Shown here: piece after piece, positions 23,601-39,891 of the stretch
Layout: every line of letters starts with the position of its first letter
How positions within the stretch are numbered: the stretch's first letter is position 1
Made by a program: the position numbers and the translations under genes
Origin: Macrostomum lignano
Taxonomy: Eukaryota
NCBI GenBank assembly: GCA_002269645.1
Contig: NIVC01000374.1
Span: 434,001 to 498,000 of the forward strand
Length of the DNA: 64,000 nt
Direction of reading: 5' to 3'
Notes under the pieces: model-generated
Told to the model about the DNA's origin: nothing
Seen by the model: only the letters and a program-made list of their open reading frames with translations
Databases searched by the model: none

Positions 23601-25850
23601 AACACTATTACAAGCATGCCTAGGGAAGAAAGACGCAACTATTTAGGCCTAACAGCTATTAGCCTTGTCCAAATAGTTCTATAATCAACATGCCAGATTG
23701 CTTAGTAGGTACCACATATTCTGCACAGTACTCATAATGATAATACTTGAATAGATAAAATTTTGGTTAAAAAATCACTGTACAACTATATAACTTTTTC
23801 TAGAAATTTTAACTACTGTGTTTACACACTTTAATTCTTTAACCTCTTTACTTTATTTTAACCTCTGCAATATAACATGATTTATTAGTTGTGCAATGCT
23901 TCATTCCTAAGCCTTTTCTTTAGCTCTCCATCCTAATTCTTACTAGACAACTATTTTATTGTCTTGCCTTTAGGAGTTAAAAATACCAATTGTTTAAACT
24001 GATGTTGCACTTTAACTGCTATCTACTTATATTGGTTTCTTTTTTCTTCCAATGTTCTTTTTGTATATATCACTCTATATAGTGGCATAGCTAGGAATTT
24101 CAATTGGGGGGGGGGCAGGTTAGCCTAGCTGGCCCTGCCTTATGCCATTGCCACTTTTGGCGCTGCAAGCATTTATTTTGGCATCGCAAGCACTCATTTT
24201 GGTACTGCAGGCACTCACTTTGGCGTCGCAAACATTCATTTTAGCATTGCAAGCACTCAATTGTCTCAAGGTTTTTGGTACTTGCCATGCTCAACCCCAT
24301 CCCCCAGGCAATTGGGAGGGGAAGCTGCAGTCCCCTGCCCCCCCCCCCTGGCTATACCATTGACGCTAAATATATATATATATATACAATTTTTTGCAAT
24401 AATTTAACAATTAATAGAATGTTTTAATTTCTTTTTTTGAAATTTTAACAATCTTAACTATATGTTATATTTTCAACATTTAGCTGCTTGAAAGGCCTTA
24501 CTTCCCTAAAAAATGAGCAAATAAAGTAAAACTAAAACATATTGACCTTAAAACAGTGAAAATTTCAATCTAGTTTAAATATATTTCCAATTAATAAAAT
24601 CATACTTAGCATGCTCCAGACTATGGGGAAAACCTTTAGATTTTATAAGACTATATAATAAGATTATTAACAAAAGTTAGAAGAATTTGCTACCTTAGTT
24701 ATTTGGCTCTTAAATCTAACAAAATATCATGATGATACAAATATCCTATTATTAATAAATATATTATTTGGTTATTTTGTTATCTTATATCATAAAAAAT
24801 GATTATTTAACTATCAACATACATGTCCAACACTTGTCCAATCTGTCCAGACTGGACAGGTGAAATGGCCACTAGCCAAGATAAGTTGAAAATTGTAAAT
24901 GCGAAAAAGGAAAAATTGGGAAAAGAAAAAAGGAGAGGAAGAGAAAAGGAAAAAAGGAAAGAAAAGAGAGAGAAGGGAAAGAGAAAGAGAAAGAGAAAGA
25001 AAAAGAGAAAAAAGTAAAAAGCAAAAAGTCATACAAAGTGAAAATTAAATTGCAATTGAGAGGAACTGGCAATCAGGAGAAACTAAGTCACAAAATCTAG
25101 ACAAAACTAAGTTGCACTGGACAAGTGAAATTTTAAGATTAGGCATGTATGACTATCAAGATAGGGCAATAGTGCAGTTTTGTTTGCAAAATTATTTTTC
25201 GTTTAAATTTGAAAGTTTGAAACCAGAAAACAATAACAATGATGTTTTAAACCATTCTAGCAACTGTGCTAGAGCTCACTGGTCACGGAACTTTAAAGCA
25301 AATGGGCGCTCTATTAATATACTTTTTTCATTAAATCTGTGCCACACTCGAATGCTACTTGAAACAAAATTTGTCTATGGAAAAAATAGTTTAAAAAATT
25401 GAAAGGGGCTCAAGTGAGGGGGGGCTTGAACTGCTTCCCTTTGGATTTTGGCGCCCTGAAGAAAAATTACTGATCATCACAACGAGCCACAATTGGTGGG
25501 GTGGGGGGGGGACAAAGCTTTGGCATGTCCCCCCCCACGTAGCTTTTAATGGGGGGGGGGGAGCATGTCCCCCCTGGTGGCGACGCGCCTGCTATAGTCT
25601 ACTACAATCCCATTGCATTAAAATCAATAAATCAATAATCAATTAATCAGACTTTTCAAATTGCCTCCAATTAAATCTAAGAGCTTTTAGCCTAATCAGG
25701 ACCTTAATTAGACTTTGTGCTGATTATAGAATTAGACTTAGAAGACAAAAGTGGGACAGTGCAGGCAATAACATACCCGATTTGTAGAAACTTCTCATTC
25801 GACTTCTCCTTTAGTCGAAAATACTCCTCAACAATTGTTTCATCGTCCAT
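14615..25850 (-). CDS. SCAI: Protein SCAI (suppressor of cancer cell invasion) homolog; 9 exons
   Basis: Exons 25850-25777, 22451-22170, 20650-20146, 18567-18375, 17595-17475, 16092-16011, 15917-15842, 15207-15034, 14847-14615. Phases are consistent, about 579 aa. SCAI-family motifs: IGEIASKIGQLYYQYYLRTS, VKKLRYLCRFILV, KFSELSVDMLRM, NPHKYLLYRP, FTRKPVFLIVDS, GSLFTLFL. Confidence 0.93.
14947..15014 (+). other. Dispersed hairpin element, copy C
   Basis: ACACGCTCTCACAGGGTGTACA..TTGACTTTCTAATCCTGTCAGGCATGTGCACTCTCTG. Confidence 0.7.
15258..15820. repeat. 24-bp (12-bp subunit) minisatellite GTGTCTGTCTTGGTGCCTGTCCTA
   Basis: SCAI intron 7. Confidence 0.95.
16157..17225. repeat. 20/24-bp minisatellite CAGACAAT(GAAT)GCAGTCTATGGT
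   Basis: About 50 copies in SCAI intron 5. Confidence 0.95.
17372..17430 (+). other. Dispersed hairpin element, copy D (internally deleted)
   Basis: ACACGCTCACACAGGGTGTACA followed by ATGGCTTGTGAATCGC; the TGAC..GTCA core is missing. Confidence 0.55.
17935..18262. repeat. 33-bp minisatellite CATAAACTCGCATTCCCTATCAATAAACAGATC
   Basis: About 10 copies in SCAI intron 4. Confidence 0.9.
18596..20130. repeat. 30-bp minisatellite CTCAATCCCCTCGGACATTCTTCCCACTGC
   Basis: About 51 copies in SCAI intron 3; source of the 300-600-aa pseudo-ORFs. Confidence 0.97.
20745..22105. repeat. 46-bp minisatellite with two sequential subtypes
   Basis: Type A GGGCGATGCTTCATCATCAGTTCAGCTAGGACATAGTGGGGAGGCT to about 21230, then type B GGGAGATGCTTCATCATCAGTTCTGGTAGGTTACAGAGGGGAGACT. 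SCAI intron 2. Confidence 0.96.
24080..24362. mobile_element. Decayed non-autonomous hAT-like MITE in SCAI intron 1
   Basis: 16-bp imperfect TIRs TAGTGGCATAGCTAGG / CCTGGCTATACCATTG; all 4 mismatches are transitions. Subterminal G and C runs. 8-bp flanks ACTCTATA / ACGCTAAA (6/8) look like a TSD. Confidence 0.6.
25404..25592. mobile_element. Possible MITE remnants (G-run/C-run subterminal pattern)
   Basis: GC-rich patch with G and C homopolymer runs and ends such as GGCGCCCTG and GACGCGCCTG inside AT-rich intron DNA. No clean TIR pair could be resolved. Confidence 0.3.
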
Positions 25851-26880
25851 GCTAAAGTCAGCTTAGGCAAGGTCTAGGACTCTTTAGTAATTTAAAAAAC
25901 AAAGATAAAATACTATACAGCACTTGTCCTTCCTTTGCTTAAAAACTACCCCGCCTACTGATTTCTGAAGCTCGGCGATTTTAAAATTTACGCATGCAAG
26001 CCACACAAATTTGTGCCAAAAAACTTTTCAAAGAAACTATTTTCGAGGTAAAAAATAAAACAACAGTTCAATAATAACGTATGCTAGAACTATGTTTAAA
26101 GCTAGCAAACTTTAGCCTCATAATAAACAATACAAATTTCAATTTGAATTTTTGCAGAGTTTTATCATATTTTTATATGCAATAAAATTACGGGTAGAAA
26201 TAAATGTATTTGCAAATGTCAGGCCAAATAGCTCTCTGGTTGCTATACTTAATGAGCGGTACTCGCACTACGTGTAAACGTGTACAGATTGTATGTCTAA
26301 GCTAGAACATGACCATAATTGGGATTTCTTGGAGATGCATATGCGACGTAATTAATTAAACTTCAAGTCTTCAAGAGCAAAATCATGCAAATGCACGTAT
26401 AAAAAACACAAAATACAAAATAAATCGCATGCTTTCAGTAAAAATGTAGTATTATTATACATGTACACTCAGTCCACTTGTAGTCCCTGAGTACATAATA
26501 ACAATATGCTATGCATCGTAGATTTACATGTACATGTAACTAAAAAGTACAGTGTACGAAAAAAATTGCTGCTATGTTATTTATTTAAACAGTTACCCGG
26601 TCACGTCAGTAAATAAAGATGCTGCGATACACTTAAAAATAACTGCTGCTGTTACATGTACGAATCTTTCTGAGAACAAATCTTGAACCCAGATAATTTA
26701 TGCCATTAAGAGTCAACGCGAGTCATACAAAATTAGCATATTTTTGTTAATATTCTTAATAATAGAAATAATATTTTCTAAATTGCATTAACAACTTAGC
26801 GTCAGTAAGTTTGTTTATTTGATTTCTAACAAATAACATAGAAAGCAAAGAGAAATGAAATGAACAATTGTTTTCCACAA

Positions 26881-30803
<3,923 letters not shown>

Positions 30804-31950
30804 CGTTGGCTATGAAAAGTAATTATTTGGCACTGGAAAACAATAGGGAATTGTTGCGTGGTGACAAGTCATTGGGTATATTCTATATTTGCTTAAATCT
30901 TATTTGAAAAAAAAATACAGCTATATTTTTACTATAAGTAGAGTACTTAGCAAAACCTAAATATTATTAATTTTTGCGTGCAATATTCTGTTATTTTTAC
31001 TGTTAGTAGAGTATAAAGAAAATGCAAGTTAAAACTAAATTGTATTTGGAGAATATTTTTATTCATCGCATTTTGTTAGTGACTATCAAAGCGACTTCCT
31101 CATGTTCAGACATGCTGTACACACATCATTAGTTAGCTTTAAAGGGGGTCGCCTATCTACAGAGTTCATTGTCCCTGTTACAAACCTAAAAAATTCAAGT
31201 GCTACAGAAAATATAACTCAAAATTAGGGGACTTCCATTTTATATTTATTTTCGGGAAAACAGTTATTTTCAAAGTTATTTTATCCCTTAGTATTATTAA
31301 TTTAGAAAAAAAGTTGTTTAAAAATGATTTAAGATAATAGAAAGTAACTTAAAGTTATCAAGGGCAAGTTGTTTCTATATTTAAATTATAAAAATCCAAT
31401 AAAACTTTATGAGTCTCAAGAGTCTAACAAAAAACAATGACCTAAGAATTCAAAAATCTTTCTTTTGATTGACATTACTACGAGTAATATATAGCATTTT
31501 CCAAGCTAATGGAGCCAGACAGCAAGCAGTTTAATCCTCAGCGGAAGTGTCAAGCTACCAAAGACTGGATTCTTATAGTCTATGGCCCAAACGAGGGTCT
31601 CCGCAGCTCAATTGGCTGGGAAGCTGCTATAGTTGGATTTAAAAACAATTTTTAGCAAGGAAGAAGATAAAAAAGGAAAACCTGCATTAAAAAACGGTTG
31701 CATGTAAGGTATTGTAGTAAAGTATAAGGAATTGACATGTCAAATTTAAAGAAACATTTACGATCAGAAATCAATAAAAATTATGAGAAAAGAAACACAT
31801 TAGTCTTACACTATATAAATAAAAGAAAATAAAATCATAAATGTAGGCTCACAATAATATCTACTAAATAATCTTTGCTAAAACTGTAGTATTGTACAAC
31901 TGCTTGTCAGAGTTATAAAATGTTAACAGTAAATATTGTTATTATTACTG

Positions 31951-33565
31951 TTATTGCTGCTCCTGCTCCTGTTGCTTCTGCTTCTTCAGATAAGCATCGT
32001 ACTGATTGACAGCCTTCTGCATCATGGACAGGAAGCCGGGCACGCCGGTCTTGGCGCCCCAATTAATCAGCATAGTGGGTATTGAGCCGCGAGGGTCGTC
32101 ATAGTACTGCATGTAAGCTGGAATTGTTTGTTTTAAACCATGATAGTTAAACCATGTCTACACCCAACTACTCAAACCTCATAGATCCGGAATCCATAAA
32201 TTGTAACATAATCTCAAATCTCAAATCCGAAATCCATAAATCTCAAATTCATAAATTCCGGATGCATATATTGTATCTTGAATCAATAAATTCCAAATCC
32301 ATAAATATCGAATCAATAAATTCCAAATCCATAAATTTCGAATTCATAAATCCCAAACTCATAAATCCCGAATCCGTAAATCCCAAATTAAAAAATCTCG
32401 AATTCATAAATCTCAAATTTATAAATCCCGAATCCATCAATCTTCAATTCATAAATCCCAAATCCATAAACTCCAAATTCATTTAAAATCTCAAATTCAT
32501 AAATCACGAATTAAACAATCCTGAAACTATAAATCCTGAATTCATAAATCCCGAATCCATAAATCCTGAATCCATAAATCCCGAATCCATAAAATCCCAA
32601 ATCCGAAAATCCCGAATTCATAAATCCCAAATCCACAAAACCCGAATCCATACTTCCCAAATCCATAATTAATCTCAAACCCATAAATCCCAAATCCATG
32701 AATTCTAAACTCACCCCTAGTGCCGCCCTGTCCATCGGAAGTCAGGGCGCAGGACTGCAAGTAGTCTATAACGCGTATAACGCCAGATTTCTCCGGTATC
32801 AAATTGAGCTCGTTGCAGGCTTTGGCCAGCACTACCCAGGCCTGATTGCCGGACTCTGTTTGCAAAATTTTCAACTGACGCTGGTAGACATAGTCTCTGT
32901 GCGACATTGGCCAGGGAAAGTTCACGTGCCAGTACACCACTTCTCGGTCGTCGCCCTCCTGTAGCAGCACTTTGAGCTCATTCACGTACGAGTCCCAGGT
33001 GCGGCGATAATCCAGATCGCGGTACACCTGCGGCAGTGCGGATATGCATAAGTTTTTGTTATAATCGATATGCTGGCCTGGCAACTGAGGATCTGAGAGG
33101 CTGGCTCAGCAAATGAGGATCTGGGTGGCTGGCTCAGCAACTGAGGATCTAAGAGGCTGGCTCAGCAACTGAGGATCTGAGAGGCTGGCTCAGCAACTGA
33201 GGATCTGAGAGGCTGGCCAAGAAACTGAGGATCTGGGATGCTGGCTCAGCAACTGAGGATCTGGGAGGCTGGCCCTACCATTGGGAATCTGGGAGGCTAG
33301 CGATGGCCCAGCAACTGGTGATCTGGGAGGCTGGCCCAGCAACTGAGGATCTGTAGAGTGCCCCACCAACCTGGGCGCAGAGCTCTGGCGTGGCCCCGTG
33401 CAGGAAGCCGTATATCTTGTACTTGTACAAGCCAGAAGTGGAATTGTACTGCCGGAAGATGCGCACATCGTGACTCTCGGTGAAAAACTCAAACCCATCC
33501 GTGTTTTCAACCTCCAATTGTTGGCAAGCGTCGACAAACTCCTGGTTAGGGAATGGCTGCAGCAT
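31951..33565 (-). CDS. PCTP: Phosphatidylcholine transfer protein (START domain, STARD2-like); 3 exons
   Basis: Exons 33565-33371, 33027-32715, 32117-31951, about 224 aa. Motifs: GLYKYKIYG, DLDYRRTWDSYV, VVYWHVNFPWPMSHRDYVY, SGVIRV, YYDDPRGSIPTMLINWGAKTGVP. Confidence 0.88.
32180..32705. repeat. Degenerate ~14-15-bp repeat ATAAATCCCGAATCC
   Basis: PCTP intron 2. Confidence 0.85.
33084..33350. repeat. 27-bp minisatellite CAGCAACTGAGGATCTGGGAGGCTGGC (family locus 1)
   Basis: About 10 copies in PCTP intron 1. Confidence 0.93.
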
Positions 33566-33639
33566 TTTGGAGTAATGCAGTCTGGTTGCTGGAATGCAAG
33601 TAACAAAGAATGCTTGCGACATTGAATTTCGATGACGAT

Positions 33640-34255
33640 GGGAATCTGGGATGCAGAGATGACTCAAGAAGATGAGAATCCGGGATGCAAAGATGACTGA
33701 AGATGAAGATCCGGGATGCAAAGATGACTCACGATGATGAGGATCCGGGATGCAAAGATGACTCAAAATTATGAGCATCGGGGATGCAAAGATAACTCAA
33801 GATGATGAGCATCCGGGATGCAAAGATGACTCAAGATGATGAGCATCCGGGATGCAAAGATGACTTAAGATGAGGATCCAGGATGCAAAGATGACTTAAG
33901 ATGAGGATCCAGGATGCAAAGATGACTCAAGAAGATGAGGATCCGGGATGCACATATGACTCAAAGAAGATGAGGATCCGGGATGCAAAGATGACTCAAG
34001 AAGATAAGGATCCAAGATGCAAAGATGACTCAAGAAGATGAGGATCCGGGATGCAGAGATGACTCAAGAAGATGAGGATCCAAGATGCAAAGATGACTCA
34101 AGATGAAGGATCCGGGATGCAAAGATGACTCAAGAAGATAAGGATCCGGGATGCAAAGATGACTCAAGAAGATGAGGATCCAAGATGCAAAGATGACTCA
34201 AGAAGATGAGGATCCGGGATGCAAAGATGACTGAAGATGATAAGGATCCGGGAGG
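33640..34255. repeat. 31-34-bp minisatellite GATGAGGATCCGGGATGCAAAGATGACTCAAGAA
   Basis: Upstream of the PCTP ATG. Confidence 0.92.
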
Positions 34256-34759
34256 CAAAGATCAAGAAATTCCCAGAAGTGCTCATCAATAAATAAAAGC
34301 GTGCCATCAGTTAATAACAAAACGAACATAATCCTTTTTTCTGCTTTGCAGCTTTTAGAAGGCAACCAATTCTCGTAGCCGAAGCAGAACCAAACCACAA
34401 GAAAAACATATGTAAAATTACAGCAATTTAAACAAAAACAAGAATCGGTATTTGCTTTGATTAATACATTTTACAAATCCATTACTATACATGCAATGTA
34501 CATGCAGGATATACTTGCACAGAAACATTTAGACTAAGCAATCTATAAAGAAATACTTCACCTTACCTCTGAAAGCAGTAGATTGATACAGGAATAATTT
34601 ATGAACAATAAGATTATAATAAACGTGTGCATAGAGCAGTCTGGTGTACTTAAACAAAGACTTGAATTGAGAAAAAGCAAATTGATAAGTAATAGCACAT
34701 GCTATTGTTGCAGCAACTAAGAAAATCTCTAATTCTCTGCTTTAAAATCGTCTCTACTT

Positions 34760-35455
34760 TGCTCACATTGTCACTCTGTACCTTACTCACATTGTCACTC
34801 TGTACCTACTCACATTGTCACTCTGTACCTTACATTGTTACTCTGTACCTACTCACATTGTCACTCTGTACCTTACTCACATTGTCACTCTGTACCTTAC
34901 TTACACTGTTACTCTGTGCCCTACTCACATTGTCACTCTGTGCCTACTTACATTGTCACTCTGTACCTACTCACATTGCCACTCTGTACCTTACTCACAT
35001 TGTCACTCTGTACCTTACTCACATTGTCACTCTGTACCCTACTCACATTGTCACTCTGTGCCCTACTCACATTGTCACTCTGTGCCTACTTACATTGTCA
35101 CTCTGTACCTACTCACATTGTCACTCTGTACCTTACTCACATTGTCACTCTGTACCTTACTCACATTGTCACTCTGTACCCTACTCACATTGTCACTCTG
35201 TGCCTTACTCACATTGTCACTCTGTACCTTACTCACATTGTCACTGTGCCTACTTACATTGTCACTCTGTACCTTACTCACATTGTCACTCTGTGCCTAC
35301 TTACATTGTCACTCTGTACCTTACTCACATTGTCACTCTGTACCTTACTCACATTGTCACTCTGTACCTTACTCACATTCACTCTACCTTTATCACTTTG
35401 TCACTCTGTACCTCATTCACTGTCACTCTCTACCATACTCAAATTGTCACTCTAC
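34760..35455. repeat. 24-bp minisatellite ACTCACATTGTCACTCTGTACCTT
   Basis: About 29 copies in the SH3BP5-PCTP spacer. Confidence 0.94.
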
Positions 35456-36077
35456 CTCACAGCCGTGCAAATTGAAAGATAAATCGAACGTACTATAACT
35501 GATAGTAGTATAATATTAGGTTTACTGCAAATTGAAACAAAAACGGTAAATATAAAAAACCATCAATCGCGCTTTTGCGCCTAGTTCAAGCAATTTTTCT
35601 GACTGTTGGAGTATTTAGCAATTTGTGAGAAGCAAAATTTATTATTGTAAGTACAACTAGAGTTACAATGAAATAAAAAAGTACAATTTGAAGCACAAGA
35701 ATTTCCACATCCCAATCAACATCTGATTTACATTCGAGAAAAATGATCAGGAATAAACATTAAACGAGATCGACAATAATTAAGTTGAGTCATACTGAGA
35801 TGTTTGAGAAGCACAGCACAGTGCATACAAAAAAGTAAATAAAATAATATTAACTCTAGATCAACAAGGATTAAAGCTCAACTCAATTCAACAGCTGTTA
35901 TTGCTTGCTTGAAAATCAACAATGAATATCAAATTTTGGAATTCGTTAAATTAAGCCTGAATTGAGCCAGCCATTGTTAGGAAAGTTCAATACGTACATT
36001 GCTTTGTTTTACTTGTCTGCATTTTATTCGGGTAATTTTGTTCGTGATTAAACCATAATCAAGCAAGCAGCATAGAT

Positions 36078-36485
36078 CATAGACACAAGGCTACACAAAG
36101 ACCGTAGACAAAATCTATATAGGCACAAATAATAGACAAAAAGACTATATAGACACAAAGATCATAGACACAAAGTCCATAGACACAAAGACAGACCATC
36201 AACACCAAGACCATAGACACAGACTGTAAACACAATGACAATAGAATTAGAAATAAAGTCTATAGTTATATAGACACAAAGACTATATAGACCCACAGAC
36301 TATAGACACAAAGACCATAGAATTCGAAATAAAGTCTATTTAGACATGAAGACCATAGACACAAAGTCTATTTAGACACGAAGACCATAGACACAGTCTA
36401 TTTAGACACGAAGACCATAGACACAGTCTATTTAGACACGAAGACCATAGACACAGTCTATTTAGACACACATAGACACTACATA
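36078..36485. repeat. Degenerate ATAGACACAAAGACC repeat
   Basis: Downstream of the SH3BP5 stop. Confidence 0.8.
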
Positions 36486-36587
36486 GACTCGTATGAAAAA
36501 TACTGGCTACTCGCCTACTTGCACTGCCCTAGAAATGAGTAGACGATATAGCGTACTTCACCGAAATTTATTTCAAGCAGTTAAATA

Positions 36588-37822
36588 TTAATCAGTCCGC
36601 TGCTGTTGCTCCTGTTGCTGTTGTTCGCTAGCATCTAAAGAGTGTAAAAATTTTCTTAACTCGGGAGCTAGCACAAGAGTTCTCTGATGCGTGTGCTGTT
36701 TCTGCTGTTGCTGTGGCAACGGACTCTGACTCCTAGTAGAAGTTGGCGTTCCCGCGGTCGACGCTGACGGATTGACAACAAACGAAGCTAGAACTTCGTC
36801 ATCTAATGACGAGGCTGTTGAATGATTTGACGGCGAACGGGGCAAGGACAAGGAGGCGGCAGTGCCGCTCTTCAGCTGGTGGTTCAGCCGATGCTGCTGC
36901 TCATACCGCATGGCGTCCTCCAGCAGGCTCATAATTGGCGTAGCAACGCTATTCCGAAGGCTCTTCCGACGCCGCGGCTTAGCAACCGGAGCGGCGGTTG
37001 CCGCAGAAGCAGACGCAGACGAAGAAGAAGCTGAATTAGCCGATGATGAAGATGACGGAGGCAGAGGCGGCTTAGCGGCCGAGAAAGACTCCAATTTACT
37101 TGGCGACTCTGGCGGGTCCTCAGCGCCGACACCTTGACCACGTTCGCCAAGCGCCTGCAATGCCGAATCTTCATCAGTTGACTGTTGCTGCTTTCCCAGT
37201 TTCAATTTCTGCTTTTTCACATTTTTCTCCTCGCGCCGTCTGGTGTGAATTGACTCGCTAATCGTTTCCAGAGTGCGCAACGCTTCGTCGTACAGTCGTT
37301 TACAAATTCGAACTTTCTCTTCGTAGACTTCAACGTGCTGTTTCTGTTCGATAAGCGCCTGCTGGTAGCGAGCGTTCGCTTCAAAATATGGCCGAGACTT
37401 TTTGATGGCGCTACGCAGGCTGGACTCCATTAGTCGGACTCGAGTCTGGGCACCGGCGAACATCTCGGTGAGGCGCGCGTGCTCGGCAGCGTGATGGCGA
37501 CGCTCGTCCTCGGCTTTGGCCACCTTCTCAGTGGCCTGATTGAGCATCATTGCCCAGGTTTCGTCAACCTGCGCGATAGGGTGGGCCAAAGGCGCATGGT
37601 ACAGTGCGATAGGGTACAGTGTAAGGATGGGCGAACTGGTTAGGGAAACGTAAGCGAGAGGTACCCTGGTATGTCTGTCTGCCTTAGTGTCCGTCCATCT
37701 GCTTGTGTACCTGCTTGCCTGTCTACTTACTTTTTATTTGTTTGGTTGTCTCTCTGTCCGTCTGTCTGTCCGTCTACCTACCTATCTATCTAGCTATCTA
37801 CCTATCTATCTTCTATCTATCT

Positions 37823-37858
<36 letters not shown>

Positions 37859-38597
37859 GCTATCTATCTATCATCTACCTATCTATCTTCTATTTATCTA
37901 CCTATCTATCTTTCTATCTACTTACCTACCTATCGATCTATCTATCTATCTATCTATCTACCTATCTACCCATCTAACTACCTATCTATTCTGTGTGTTT
38001 GTCTGTCTGCCTATCTGTTTGCCATAGTGCTTACCTATTAAAGCACACCTGTCTGCCTCAGCCTATCAATCTCACACGCACAAATATCCAGTCAAACAAT
38101 AAAAAACACCCTAAGTGCAGCAGCTTACTCACCTGACCACCCCGGCCGGTGGCGGGACAGGAGGCCTCGGCGGTGCGCACGAGGTCTTTGGCTGTGCCCA
38201 GCATCTCGCAGGAGCGCTCGTACCGCAGTGCAGCCGATTGAGTCTCCATCTGGAGCAGGCGGCACTGCCGTTTGGCCTCGTAGAATGGCCTGGCCTTCTC
38301 CACGCAGGCAACCCCGATGCCCGACTGTACAGCCTCCAGCTTAGCAGCAGTCTCGGCTAGCAATGAACGAAAATGATTTCTAGCCTGCTGTAGAGTAGTC
38401 TCAACTTCGTTCAATTGCAAAGCAACCATATTCATCTTTTCTAATTCGTCTTCAACTCGCGGATCAACCTCGGCGTCTTCGGGGAATTCGGGTTCGAACT
38501 CCGGATCCTCGTCATTATTAGCGGCATTGGTGTCTGCTGACAGGTCAGTAGTAGTAGTAGCAGCAGCCGCAGCAGCAGCTGCCCCGGATTCGGCCAT
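36588..38597 (-). CDS. SH3BP5: SH3 domain-binding protein 5 (Sab/parcas-like Rab11 GEF family); 2 exons
   Basis: Exons 38597-38133 and 37568-36588, about 481 aa. Motifs: VDPRVEDELEKMN...ARPFYEAK...AKDLVRTAE and WAMMLNQATEKV...AIKKSRPYF...YDEALRTLETISESIH. The C-terminal tail is low-complexity. Confidence 0.85.
37770..38010. repeat. (TATC)n microsatellite
   Basis: SH3BP5 intron. Confidence 0.9.
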
Positions 38598-38854
38598 AGA
38601 CAACTGAGCTGTCAATCAAATCCTTCTCGCGCTATCTACCCTCCTACTTACTACTAAATAGCAGTATCGCCAAAAGTTGATTAATCAGCTCGCTAATTCT
38701 GACGAGTTCTGGCGCCGAATTCGATTTGACTGGAAAGCGGATTAAGGTGCGATTAACTGATTTTATAAATATAATTGCGAGTCACAACTGCGGTAAGCAA
38801 CAGCCCGGCCTACCCTGACACAGAGTTACACTTGACCATAGACGCGAAGCTTTG

Positions 38855-38864
38855 ATGACGTCAT
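38855..38864. promoter_or_regulatory. Palindromic CRE/ATF site about 260 bp upstream of the SH3BP5 ATG
   Basis: ATGACGTCAT is a perfect palindrome matching the CREB/ATF consensus. Function is untested. Confidence 0.3.
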
Positions 38865-39159
38865 ACCTGACTTCTACAGCTGTATTTATGTATTATAAAG
38901 AGAGTCCATAAATAAAGACACAAAGGTATCTTCTGAAAACCAAGAAACGAACAAAAATTTTTCAACCCATATAGTTAATGGATGTACTTGATTTATAGAT
39001 TGACACACAGGTGCGCAACTAATTGAGTTTAACAATTTCAATTAAGCAAGTATAGGCATCAATATGAATAGAGCTATAAAATAGCATTACAGATGACTAA
39101 CAGTAAAGTGTAACGAAGTTCTGAAAAATAAAATGCGATTGGATTCGAGTTGGAGGAAT

Positions 39160-39660
39160 ATTTGGGGATTCTAATTGATGAGATATTTAAGGATTCTAAA
39201 TCTTGGGATATTTGGGGATTCTAATTGATGGGATACTTAAGGATTCTAAATCTTGGGATATTTGGGGATTCAAATTGATGGGATATTTAAGGATTCTAAA
39301 TCTTGGGATATTTGGGGATTCAAATTGATGGGATACTTAAGGATTCTAAATCTTGGGATATTTGGGGATTCAAATTGATGGGATATTTAAGGATTCTAAA
39401 TCTTGGGATATTTGGGGATTCAAATTGATGGGATACTGGAGGATTCTAATTGAAGGGATATTTCGGGGATTCTAAAATTAAATGGACATTTGGGGATTCA
39501 AATTAAAGCGATATTTGGAGATTCTACGAGGAATTGAAGGGATATTTGGGAATTCTAATTGAAGGGATATTTGGGAATTCTAATTGAAGGGATATTTCGG
39601 GGATTCGAATTGAAAGGATAAACGGGGATTCGAATTGAAGGGATATTTGGGGATACGAGT
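39160..39660. repeat. ~50-bp (2x25) GGGATA/GGATTC repeat
   Basis: RPC1-SH3BP5 spacer. Confidence 0.85.
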
Positions 39661-39891
39661 TAAAGGGACTCGAGATAAAGAGATACTTAGGAATTAGGTT
39701 TGGAGTGATAATTGAGGATTCTAGCTCGTAGCTATAAGCTATAATAATAAAAAATCTAGGATCCCCTTAAAATATATTAAAAGCCAAAAGACTAATCAAG
39801 CACATCAGGCATACAGTGGAACTGGATTGCGCTATCCATATTAAATACCTATCGATCATAAACTGCAAATAGAAGCAACAATGCCAAAGCA

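Noticed and set aside
34198-34398. 66-aa ORF as an upstream PCTP exon
   Set aside because: No START-domain similarity, it runs into a minisatellite, and PCTP is already complete from ATG 33565.
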